A DNA stretch of 37,935 nt, from positions 1 through 37,935 of the forward strand of contig CAZMIO010000011.1 in assembly GCA_964566535.1 (NCBI GenBank), in the 5' to 3' direction. This stretch comes from an uncultured Methanosarcinales archaeon (GTDB lineage: Archaea; Nanobdellota; Nanobdellia; Woesearchaeales; CAZOXR01). The notes beneath the pieces were generated by a model, which was given only the letters and a program-made list of their open reading frames with translations, had not been told where the DNA came from and made no database searches. Shown here piece after piece: positions 17,467 to 25,802 of this stretch. Within the stretch, counting starts at the first letter, position 1; each line of letters begins with the position of its first letter. The position numbers were made by a program, and so were the translations under genes.

Positions 17467-18441
17467 ATGGATGAAAAAGAACATATTAGGTTAATAGGAG
17501 GGAGTGCAAACAGTGAGCTTGCAGAGGAGATATCATCTAAATTAGGTGTACCTCTAACACCTATTGAAGTTAAGAGGTTTAATGATGGGGAGATATACTG
17601 TAAGGTTAAGAATAGTGTTAGAGGATGCAAAGTTTTTGTTATACAATCAACATCTAATCCCGTTAATGAGAATCTTATGGAACTTTTGATATTAGTTGAT
17701 GCTTTGAAAAGAGCATCTGCTAAGGAAATTACTGCAATAATCCCTTATTATGGGTATGGTCGGCAAGATAGGAAGGCTGAGCCTCGTGAACCCATAACTG
17801 CAAAATTAGTCGCTAATCTGTTGACTAAGGCAGGTGTTGATAGAGTAATTACTTTTGATCTTCACGTTGAGCAGATACAGGGATTTTTTGATATTCCAGT
17901 AGATAATTTAGAAGCAATACCTCAAATTGCTGAATATTTATTAGATAAAAAGATTGTTGATCCGATTGTGGTAAGTCCTGATGTTGGAGGAACTAAGAGG
18001 GCAATAAGATTAGCAAAACTTATTGATGCCCCATTAGCTATAATAGATAAACGTAGACCTGCCCATGGAGAATCAAAAATTATGAATGTTGTTGGAGAGG
18101 TTAAGGGCAAAACAGTAATTCTAATTGATGATATAATCGACACTGCTGGAACTATTTCAAAGGCTGCAGAAGTTATGTTAGAGAAAGGAGCTAGGGAAGT
18201 CTACATTTGTGCTTCACATGCTGTATTTTCTGGAAAGGCCATTGAGAAGTTAGGTTCTGATGCTATCAAGGAAGTCATAGTCACAAATACAATTAAGATA
18301 GCTGATGAGAAGAAAATAGGAAAGATTAAAATAATATCAGTTGCATCTTTGTTATCAGAGTCAATTAAAAGAGTATATGAAGGATTGCCATTAGGTGTAC
18401 TGTTTGAAGGGATATATGATAGGCTGGCAAAAAAAAGGTAA
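17467..18441 (+). CDS. prs: Ribose-phosphate pyrophosphokinase
   Basis: FNDGE, PYYGYGRQDRK, DLHVEQIQGFF, VSPDVGG and PRPP loop IDDIIDTAGT. Confidence 0.98.
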   Translation: MDEKEHIRLIGGSANSELAEEISSKLGVPLTPIEVKRFNDGEIYCKVKNSVRGCKVFVIQSTSNPVNENLMELLILVDALKRASAKEITAIIPYYGYGRQDRKAEPREPITAKLVANLLTKAGVDRVITFDLHVEQIQGFFDIPVDNLEAIPQIAEYLLDKKIVDPIVVSPDVGGTKRAIRLAKLIDAPLAIIDKRRPAHGESKIMNVVGEVKGKTVILIDDIIDTAGTISKAAEVMLEKGAREVYICASHAVFSGKAIEKLGSDAIKEVIVTNTIKIADEKKIGKIKIISVASLLSESIKRVYEGLPLGVLFEGIYDRLAKKR

Positions 18442-18446
18442 ATAAA

Positions 18447-18866
18447 ATGGAAGACAAACAACAAGAGATACAACAAAAATACATGGAAATGCAGGCATTA
18501 CAGCAACAGATTAAGCAAAGTCAGGGTCAGATTGGGGCTTTAGGACAACAATTAGGGGAGTTAGAAGGGATAAGTCAAAGTTTGGATGACTTGGGCAATG
18601 TAAAAGAAGATAGTGATGCTTTAGTACAGATAAGCAATGGAATATTTGCTAAAGCAACTATAAAGAGTGGTGAAGATCTTATTGTAAATGTTGGTGCAAA
18701 CTTAGCCGTTAAAAAAGATATTGAATCTACAAAACAACTTATTGAAGAACAGATTAAAGAAATCGGTAAGTTGCATAAGAATAAGACTGAAGAGATTCAG
18801 GGTATAACTACTAAAGCAATTTTGATTGAAAAAGAACTTGCAAATTTTATGGGAAACAAAGGGTAA
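18447..18866 (+). CDS. pfdA: Prefoldin subunit alpha
   Basis: Two coiled coils flanking beta-hairpins (LVQISNGIFAKA, LIVNVGANLAVKK); upstream of ftsY as is usual in archaea. Confidence 0.92.
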   Translation: MEDKQQEIQQKYMEMQALQQQIKQSQGQIGALGQQLGELEGISQSLDDLGNVKEDSDALVQISNGIFAKATIKSGEDLIVNVGANLAVKKDIESTKQLIEEQIKEIGKLHKNKTEEIQGITTKAILIEKELANFMGNKG

Positions 18867-18870
18867 GATT

Positions 18871-20466
18871 ATGTTTAAATTCTTAAAAGAGAAATTAAAG
18901 AATAGTGTTTCAAGTATTTCTAAGAAGATTGATGATGAAGGTAAGGAAGATATTATTGAAGAAGAGGTTCCCGTTGAAGAGTCCTCTGAAGTTAAGGAAG
19001 AGGAGAAAAAAGTTGATGTTTCTGAGAGTGAAGAAGTTAAAGAAGAAAGTTCTAGTGAAACTAAAGAAAAAGATTCTAATGAAGAAAACGTTGAAGAAGA
19101 GCCAAAGAAGAAAGGATTTTTTGCTAAATTAAAAGAAAAGTTCGTTCAGAAAGAAGAGATTGATGAAGAGGGTTTTGAAGAGGTTCATTTAAAGAGCGAG
19201 ATAGAGGGTGCTATTAAAGAAAAGGAAGTTGAGAAAGAAGAAGAAAAACTTTCTAAGAAAGATGGAGAAATAAAGGAGAAGGTTGAGAAGAAAGAAACTC
19301 CTTCTATTCAAGAACTAAATGAGAGGAAGGAACAAGAAGAGAAAGTTGTTGAGAAGAAGGAAGATAAAGTTGAGGAAAAAGAAGAAGTAAAAGTTCCTGT
19401 TGAAGAGCCTCCTAAAGTTGAAGGAGAAGTTAAAGAAGGTGTCGTTAGTGAAGAAGAAAAAGTTGATACTGAAAAAGAAGAAATAATTCAAGAAAAAAAG
19501 AGTGAAGAAATTGTTGAAGACAAGGAAGAAGTAGAAGAAACCAAAACAGTTGAAGATGATGCTGAAGAAGAACCAAAGAAAAAAGGATTTTTTGGAAGAA
19601 TAAAAGAAAAAATAGTTACTAAGAAGATAAATGAAAGTCAGTTTGAAGAGATATTCTGGAATTTAGAAACTGCACTGCTTGAAAATAACATTGCAGTAGA
19701 AGTTATTGATAAAATTAAAGATGATTTAAAGGTAGAGATTGTCGATACTGCAATTAAAAGAGGCAAGATTGAAGAAACAATTGAGCAGACACTTAGGAAG
19801 TCAATTAAAGAGATATTAGAAATTGGAACCTTCGATATTGTTGAAAAGATTAAGGGGAAGAAACCTTTTGTAATTTGTTTCCTGGGCATAAATGGTTCTG
19901 GGAAGACTACATCAATTGCTAAATTTACTGATTTGTTAAAGAACGAAGGATTAAAAGTTGTACTTGCCGCCGCAGATACATTTAGGGCTGCATCTATTGA
20001 GCAACTACAGGCACATGCTGAGAAGTTAGATGTTAAACTAATTAAACAAGATTATGGTGCTGATCCTGCTGCTGTTGCTTTTGATGCCATAGATCATGCT
20101 AAATCTAAGGATATGGATGTTGTACTAATTGATACAGCTGGAAGGATGCATTCAAACATCAATCTAATTGATGAACTTAAAAAAGTCGTGAGGGTTGCTA
20201 AACCAGATCTAAAAATCTTTGTCGGTGAAAGCATAACTGGTAATGATTGTGTTGAACAGGCTAAGAAGTTTGATGAAGCTGTTGGCGTTGATGGCGTTAT
20301 ATTAACTAAATCAGATATTGATGAAAAAGGCGGTGCAATGATTTCTGTTTCGTACGTTACTAAGAAGCCAATATTATATTTGGGGACTGGTCAAGAGTAT
20401 AAGGACCTTAAGAAGTTTGATTCTAGTGTTATTGTTGAGGGTTTGGGTTTAGAAGGAGAAGTTTAA
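18871..20466 (+). CDS. ftsY: SRP receptor FtsY with a long acidic N-terminal region
   Basis: GINGSGKTTS, AADTFRAAS, DTAGR, TKSD and GTGQEY. Start placed at the ATG at 18871 (MFKFLKEKL). Confidence 0.97.
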   Translation: MFKFLKEKLKNSVSSISKKIDDEGKEDIIEEEVPVEESSEVKEEEKKVDVSESEEVKEESSSETKEKDSNEENVEEEPKKKGFFAKLKEKFVQKEEIDEEGFEEVHLKSEIEGAIKEKEVEKEEEKLSKKDGEIKEKVEKKETPSIQELNERKEQEEKVVEKKEDKVEEKEEVKVPVEEPPKVEGEVKEGVVSEEEKVDTEKEEIIQEKKSEEIVEDKEEVEETKTVEDDAEEEPKKKGFFGRIKEKIVTKKINESQFEEIFWNLETALLENNIAVEVIDKIKDDLKVEIVDTAIKRGKIEETIEQTLRKSIKEILEIGTFDIVEKIKGKKPFVICFLGINGSGKTTSIAKFTDLLKNEGLKVVLAAADTFRAASIEQLQAHAEKLDVKLIKQDYGADPAAVAFDAIDHAKSKDMDVVLIDTAGRMHSNINLIDELKKVVRVAKPDLKIFVGESITGNDCVEQAKKFDEAVGVDGVILTKSDIDEKGGAMISVSYVTKKPILYLGTGQEYKDLKKFDSSVIVEGLGLEGEV

Positions 20467-21134
20467 CTAAACTCAATCTCTCCATTTAGATATATTCCTT
20501 TATGTAGCTTAACAGGACGCCAACTATCAATCACCAGATTAGCATCCAACCATTTAGCTAGTTCTTCTGGATTTCCTATTGTTGCCGATAGCGCAATTAA
20601 TTGTACGTTTTTTAGAAGTTGTTTTAGGAGAGTTAATAGTATCTCAAGAGTGGGTCCCCTTTTAGGATCATTTAGTAGGTGGACTTCATCTATGATTACT
20701 GTTGTAATGGACGATATCCAAGAAGTCTTATGTCTTAGTAAAGAATCCATTTTTTCCACTGTTAAAATTAGAAGGTCATAGTTTGAAAGCCATTCAGATC
20801 CTGAGTCAATATCTCCTGTAGAGATTGCCACTTGGTAATTTGTATCTTTTAGTAGGTTCTTATAATCATTGTATTTTTCGTTTGCTAATGCTTTCATTGG
20901 AACCAAATAAACCGCTTTTCCTTTTGTTTCTTCTAATCTTTTTGTTATTGCTAGTGTTGCAATGGCAGTCTTACCAGAACCAGTTGGAGTACAAACTAAG
21001 AGGTTTTTGTTGTCTAAAAGCCCATGTTGTATTGCTTTTATTTGTCCAGGATTAAGTTTTGAGATATTTTGTTCCTGGAATTTCTTTATTACAAAATCTG
21101 GCACTTTATGACTTTTTAGTTCGTTTATGTCCAT
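20463..21134 (-). CDS. Stand-alone N-terminal RecA1 domain of a Ski2-like (Hel308) helicase
   Basis: Q motif LNPGQ, motif I PTGSGKT, Ia VPMKALANEK, DEVH, RGPTLE, motif III LSAT and WRPV, followed by a stop. No RecA2 or downstream domains. Confidence 0.88.
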   Translation of the reverse strand: MDINELKSHKVPDFVIKKFQEQNISKLNPGQIKAIQHGLLDNKNLLVCTPTGSGKTAIATLAITKRLEETKGKAVYLVPMKALANEKYNDYKNLLKDTNYQVAISTGDIDSGSEWLSNYDLLILTVEKMDSLLRHKTSWISSITTVIIDEVHLLNDPKRGPTLEILLTLLKQLLKNVQLIALSATIGNPEELAKWLDANLVIDSWRPVKLHKGIYLNGEIEFS

Positions 21135-21186
21135 TATTTTGGTAAAAAACAAAATCTTTATATATTTTTATGTAAAGTTAAGGAAT

Positions 21187-21522
21187 ATGGCCAAAATACG
21201 CAAAAAAAGGGAGAGTAAGCACATTCCAATTGAGGATATTCTTAATAAAACTAAAGTAGATAATGCCCATATGAAAAGAAATGTATGGATTGAAGGTCTT
21301 GTTTTAGCATTACCATTATTTGTAAGTTTTGCTTTTTATGCTAACCTCGTTTTTAGGTCAACTCAGCCTGCTAAGGGCGCTTTACTTTCTCCAGGAGAAG
21401 ATATTCAGTCACTAGTTTTATTTGTGTTTATTTTCATAATCATTTATGGGGTCTTTTTAATATTCCAATATACCAATCTTAGCAAGAAAGTGTTAAAAGC
21501 TAAACCTAGTCACAAGAAGTAA
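21187..21522 (+). CDS. Hypothetical two-TM membrane protein
   Basis: Basic N-terminus and two hydrophobic helices; it shares a divergent AT-rich promoter region with the helicase gene. Confidence 0.7.
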   Translation: MAKIRKKRESKHIPIEDILNKTKVDNAHMKRNVWIEGLVLALPLFVSFAFYANLVFRSTQPAKGALLSPGEDIQSLVLFVFIFIIIYGVFLIFQYTNLSKKVLKAKPSHKK

Positions 21523-21564
21523 GTTTTGGAAACATATTTAAATTGATTTTGAGTTCTATTCTTA

Positions 21565-22248
21565 ATGAAGAAATTAAAACATATTGCTATTATATTGGAT
21601 GGGAATAGGAGATTTAGTAAGAAGCTAGGTCTTAAATGGTGGCAAGGGCATGAAAAAGGTGCTGAGAAGGTTGAACAGCTGTTTGACTGGTGCAAGGAGT
21701 TAGGTATTAAAGAAGTTACATTATATTCTTTTTCTATTGAAAATTTTGAGCGTACCGAGGAGGAGAAAGGCTTCTTGATGAAACTTTTTATTAAAATGTT
21801 TAATAAAGTGATGAAAGATAAAAGGATTCATGAGAACAAGATCAAAATTAAGTTTATTGGCAGGAGAGGGTTGTTTCCTTTAGAAATCCAAAAGACAATG
21901 AATGAAGTTGAAGAGAATACTAAAGATTATGATGGATTTAGAGTAAATTTTGCAATGGGATACGGTGGCAGGGCTGAGATAGTTGATGCAGTTAAGAAGA
22001 TTGTTTCAAAGGGCGTTAAGGCTTCAGATATCGATGAGGAATTACTTTCGAAGAATATGTATTTAGATAGTGAACCAGAACTGTTAATCCGACCAGGCGG
22101 GGAATTTAGGATAAGTAATTTTTTAGTATGGCAGTCAAGCTATATGGAATTGTGGTTTACTGATAAATTATGGCCTGAGTTTGAGAAAGAAGACTTAGTT
22201 GAGGCGATTAATGATTTTAATGCTAGGGAAAGAAGGTTTGGTGTTTAG
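21565..22248 (+). CDS. uppS: cis-Prenyltransferase (undecaprenyl diphosphate synthase family)
   Basis: HIAIILDGNRR, YSFSIENF, GYGGRAEI and RPGGEFRISNFL.WQ. Confidence 0.97.
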   Translation: MKKLKHIAIILDGNRRFSKKLGLKWWQGHEKGAEKVEQLFDWCKELGIKEVTLYSFSIENFERTEEEKGFLMKLFIKMFNKVMKDKRIHENKIKIKFIGRRGLFPLEIQKTMNEVEENTKDYDGFRVNFAMGYGGRAEIVDAVKKIVSKGVKASDIDEELLSKNMYLDSEPELLIRPGGEFRISNFLVWQSSYMELWFTDKLWPEFEKEDLVEAINDFNARERRFGV

Positions 22249-22322
22249 TTATAGATGTTACAGAAAAGAAAAGATTATATATTAGGAGAAAATTAAATTT
22301 ATTAAATTCTTAAGGTGTTTCA

Positions 22323-23747
22323 ATGGATAAATATGCTAACTTTAAAGAAGGAATAGGAATTGCAGTTGAAAGGTTTAAAGAGCTTGATAAGAAGGAGACA
22401 ATCAGGCTGGTTAGCCATTTAGATGCTGACGGTATAACTGCATGTGCTATAATGATAAAACTGCTAAACAGCAATAATAGGAAGTATTCTGTTTCTATTG
22501 TACAACACCTTAATCCTGAAGTACTTAAGGAGTTGTCTAGAGAGCCTTACAAATATTTTATATTCACAGACTTAGGTGCTGGGCAGTTGAAAGGGATAAA
22601 AGAACATTTAGCTGGGAAGACTGTTTTTGTTTTTGATCATCACAAGCCAGAGAATGTTAAACTAAATGGAGGCATTATCCATGTGAACCCTCACCTCTTT
22701 GGTATAGATGGAGGAAGGGAGATTTCTGGAGCAGGCGTTTCGTTTCTTTTTGCTAAGGAACTTAGCTCTTCTGTCGAGGATATGGCTCATGTTGCTGTTA
22801 TTGGTGCTTTAGGTGACATTCAAGGGGATAAAGATGGGTTCTTGAAGCTGAACAAAGAGATTCTTGATTTAGCTGTTGATAAGAAGAAGATAAAGATAAT
22901 TAAAGGACTTAGGATTTTTGGAGCTCAGACTAAGCCATTGCATAAGGTGCTTGAATATAGTACTGATCCTTATATCCTCGGAGTAAGTGGGAGTGAGTCT
23001 GGGGCACTTCAGTTTCTAAAGCAAATAGGTATTGAGCCTCAGCACAATGGAGATTGGAAGAAGATTGTAAATTTGACTGAGGATGAACTTAAGAAGTTAA
23101 TTGCTGGTATCATTACGAAAAGATTTGGTGAAGATGAGCCTGATGATGTTTTAGGTGATGTTTACATATTAAATGATGAACAAAAAGAAAGTTCACTTAG
23201 AGATGCAAAAGAGTTTGCTACCTTGTTAAATGCTTGTGGGCGGTTAGGTAAGGCTTCGCTGGGGATTGGGGCTTGTTTAGGCGATAAAAGGACAAAAGCA
23301 AAGGCTTTGCAGAATCTTAGCAGATATAGGAAAGAGATTGTTAGTGCTATGAAGTGGTTTGAGGATGCTAAGAAGAATAAATCTGAGGATGTTATTGAAG
23401 GAAAGGGTTATGTTCTAATAAATGCTAAAGAAAGTATAATGCCTACCATGATTGGGACTATTGCTTCGATTATTGCTAAATCAAATGGTTTGGGAGAGAG
23501 AACTTATATTATGTCTATGGCTCATTTAATTGACGGAGATATCAAAGTGAGTTGTAGGGTGAGTGGGAGTAGGAAGAATGATGTTGATTTAAGGGAAGTA
23601 GTTAAAGAAATAACTGATATTGTTGGTGGGGCGGCTGGAGGGCACAAGTTTGCTGCAGGAGCAGTTGTTCCTGCCGATAAAGAAAAAGAGTTTATGGCTA
23701 AGGCTAAAGAAGTTCTAAGTAAAAGAGGTCTTGAAGAAGTTATTTAA
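22323..23747 (+). CDS. DHH/DHHA1 phosphoesterase, archaeal RecJ/GAN (Cdc45-like)
   Basis: SHLDADG, FTDLG, FDHH, VNPH, ATLLNACGR and GGHKFAAGA. Confidence 0.92.
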   Translation: MDKYANFKEGIGIAVERFKELDKKETIRLVSHLDADGITACAIMIKLLNSNNRKYSVSIVQHLNPEVLKELSREPYKYFIFTDLGAGQLKGIKEHLAGKTVFVFDHHKPENVKLNGGIIHVNPHLFGIDGGREISGAGVSFLFAKELSSSVEDMAHVAVIGALGDIQGDKDGFLKLNKEILDLAVDKKKIKIIKGLRIFGAQTKPLHKVLEYSTDPYILGVSGSESGALQFLKQIGIEPQHNGDWKKIVNLTEDELKKLIAGIITKRFGEDEPDDVLGDVYILNDEQKESSLRDAKEFATLLNACGRLGKASLGIGACLGDKRTKAKALQNLSRYRKEIVSAMKWFEDAKKNKSEDVIEGKGYVLINAKESIMPTMIGTIASIIAKSNGLGERTYIMSMAHLIDGDIKVSCRVSGSRKNDVDLREVVKEITDIVGGAAGGHKFAAGAVVPADKEKEFMAKAKEVLSKRGLEEVI

Positions 23748-23810
23748 TTATTTCTTTATAAACCACTGGACAAACACCCTCGGAAAGTATTTAAATAAGT
23801 AGTTCTGAAA

Positions 23811-23901
23811 GAAAAAGAGACCGCGCAAAACTTCTAACAAAAACTTATGGAGCATAGCCCCTAAAAGTTTTTTGTAAGTTTCACTTTATGGTCTCTTTTT
23901 C
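23811..23901. repeat. ~90-nt imperfect inverted repeat upstream of the LAGLIDADG gene
   Basis: Perfect 12-bp arms GAAAAAGAGACC (23811-23822) / GGTCTCTTTTTC (23890-23901); inner pairs AAACTT/AAGTTT and ACAAAAACTT/AAGTTTTTTGT; apical GC-ATA-GC. Confidence 0.75.
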
Positions 23902-23962
23902 AACACCCCAATAATTTCTTTTTGATTAAAATAAAAAAGAAATTCAGCTGAGGTGAATTAAG

Positions 23963-25009
23963 ATGAATAAAATACCCATAAAAACAATTAATGAGATAAA
24001 ACAAATATATATTGATGATAAGAGTTCAACTCTTACTGATTTAGCAAAAAGATTTTCTATTTCTAGAGAAAGGATTAAAAAAAGATTAGTTAAAGGAGGC
24101 ATTGATATAAGATCAAATCAAGAAATTGCCGATTTTAAGAAAGAAGAGGCAGTTGAAAATCTTTGTAAATTATACAATAAAATAATGTCCTTGAGAAAAG
24201 TTAGAAAATTAACTGGGCATTCAATAAACTTCATAAAAAGATGCATTAAGGGAAAAGTTCAATTTCCCATTTACCCTAGGCCCTTAAAAGAAGAGTTTGA
24301 TAAAGTAACAAAGGAGAAAGTTAGAATTTATGCACACTCTATTTTTGATGGGCACGTCAGTCATAGTAAGGGTAATTCATATATTGTAGGTTATACAAAT
24401 AAATGTCCTGAGTTACTAAGAGAATTCGGTAATGATGTAGAATATGTTTATGGTATAAAAAAGGGCGAATACTTATTAAAATCGGGAGTTACAAATTTAA
24501 TTTATTCTTCAAAATTAATGTATTTAGACATACTAAACTTTAATAAGTCGATAGTGAAAGAGGATCCCGAATATAAAAAAGTATACCTGCGGGCTTTTTT
24601 CGATGATGAAGGTTGTGTTATTTTTAATCCATCTAAAGGTAAATTTTTTATTAATGGGAAACAGCACAATCAAAAAGAAATATTATTTATTAAGTCATTA
24701 TTAGATGATTTTGGAATTGGAAGTAAAGTATATAAATTTGTAATAGAGATAACTCTTAACAAATCCATTATTGAATATAGCAAACTCATTGGATTCACAC
24801 ACCCTGAAAAAAGAAGAAAAATTTTAACTGGTATAGCTTATTATGAAAAAAAGTTTAGGAAGATTAATAATCAAAATCTTAGAATTAAAAAATTTACACT
24901 TAAAGGGATGGGTCCTTACCAGATATCAAAACTAATTGGTATGCCTCCGACCACTATAAGGCATCGAATAGATTCTGGCTTTAAATCAATTAAATATGAT
25001 TATGGTTGA
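23963..25009 (+). CDS. Free-standing LAGLIDADG (DOD) homing-endonuclease-like protein with N- and C-terminal HTH motifs
   Basis: Motif 1 IYAHSIFDGHV, motif 2 YLRAFFDDEGCV and IGFTHPEK; HTH-like LTDLAKRFSISRERI, SLRKVRKLTG and GMGPYQISKLIGMPPTTIRH; strong GAGGTGA SD; visibly more AT-rich than its neighbours. Confidence 0.85.
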   Translation: MNKIPIKTINEIKQIYIDDKSSTLTDLAKRFSISRERIKKRLVKGGIDIRSNQEIADFKKEEAVENLCKLYNKIMSLRKVRKLTGHSINFIKRCIKGKVQFPIYPRPLKEEFDKVTKEKVRIYAHSIFDGHVSHSKGNSYIVGYTNKCPELLREFGNDVEYVYGIKKGEYLLKSGVTNLIYSSKLMYLDILNFNKSIVKEDPEYKKVYLRAFFDDEGCVIFNPSKGKFFINGKQHNQKEILFIKSLLDDFGIGSKVYKFVIEITLNKSIIEYSKLIGFTHPEKRRKILTGIAYYEKKFRKINNQNLRIKKFTLKGMGPYQISKLIGMPPTTIRHRIDSGFKSIKYDYG

Positions 25010-25755
25010 GATTTTTCTGTTTTCTTTTGGGGGTAAACATATCCACGCATCCAATAAACGCCTGCATAAACCGCCGGAGTGTCGACGATAGCGATGACTA
25101 CTTTCAATAACCAGTAAGGTATAATTAATGCGAATAGGTAAGCTACTGTGAACTTTGGTGATGTATTTAGGATTTGAGGTATGAAATCGAAGGGTAAGTA
25201 GAATAATGCGATGAACATGAAGACTACTGTGTCTATAAGTTGAGAGATGATTGTGGATAAGTTGTTTCTTAACCACAAGTATTTTCCTTTTGTTTTTTCT
25301 TTCCAGAAGTTAAATGCCCAAATGTCATGTGTTTGGCTCAGGATGAATGCTGTAACGCTTGCTATGAAGAATCTAATACTCATTCCAAAAACTCTATTGT
25401 ATTGTTCCGCTTGGACATAAGAACGATCTGCAAATGGTAAGGAAACTGCTAGTACTGCCATTAGTAATACGAATACTACACAAATAAAAGCAACCCTCAC
25501 AAATTCCTTAGTTTTTGCCTTTCCATGAACTTCTTCTATGATATCTGTTATGACAAATGTTAAAGGGAATGCAAAGATTCCAACGCTAAATTCTATGAAA
25601 CCTAAGTGAGTTATTTTTGAACCTAATAGATTAGCTGCTATGATTGCTGCTACGAATAAACCTAATAGAAGATTTGTTTTTTTCTCTAATTTTTTATCAT
25701 TGTTAGCATTAAGTTTATTGCCAATTTTATCTTGAGTAGTTTCTTTAGTCCCCAT
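25000..25755 (-). CDS. yhhQ: preQ0/preQ1 (7-deazaguanine) precursor transporter, YhhQ/Vut_1 family
   Basis: AANLLGSK, FPLTFVITDII.EVHG, AS..AF..SQ..D, LWLRNNLST..SQLIDT and VDTP. Confidence 0.92.
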   Translation of the reverse strand: MGTKETTQDKIGNKLNANNDKKLEKKTNLLLGLFVAAIIAANLLGSKITHLGFIEFSVGIFAFPLTFVITDIIEEVHGKAKTKEFVRVAFICVVFVLLMAVLAVSLPFADRSYVQAEQYNRVFGMSIRFFIASVTAFILSQTHDIWAFNFWKEKTKGKYLWLRNNLSTIISQLIDTVVFMFIALFYLPFDFIPQILNTSPKFTVAYLFALIIPYWLLKVVIAIVDTPAVYAGVYWMRGYVYPQKKTEKSQP

Positions 25756-25802
25756 GAAAGTCTAGAATTCTATGTTGATTTATAATTATTTTGGTTTAGT
25801 TT

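Noticed and set aside
23963..25009. LAGLIDADG ORF as an intein or intron-encoded protein
   Set aside because: It has no N-terminal Cys/Ser or C-terminal His-Asn splice motifs, there is no interrupted host gene or rRNA, and it has its own SD and start.
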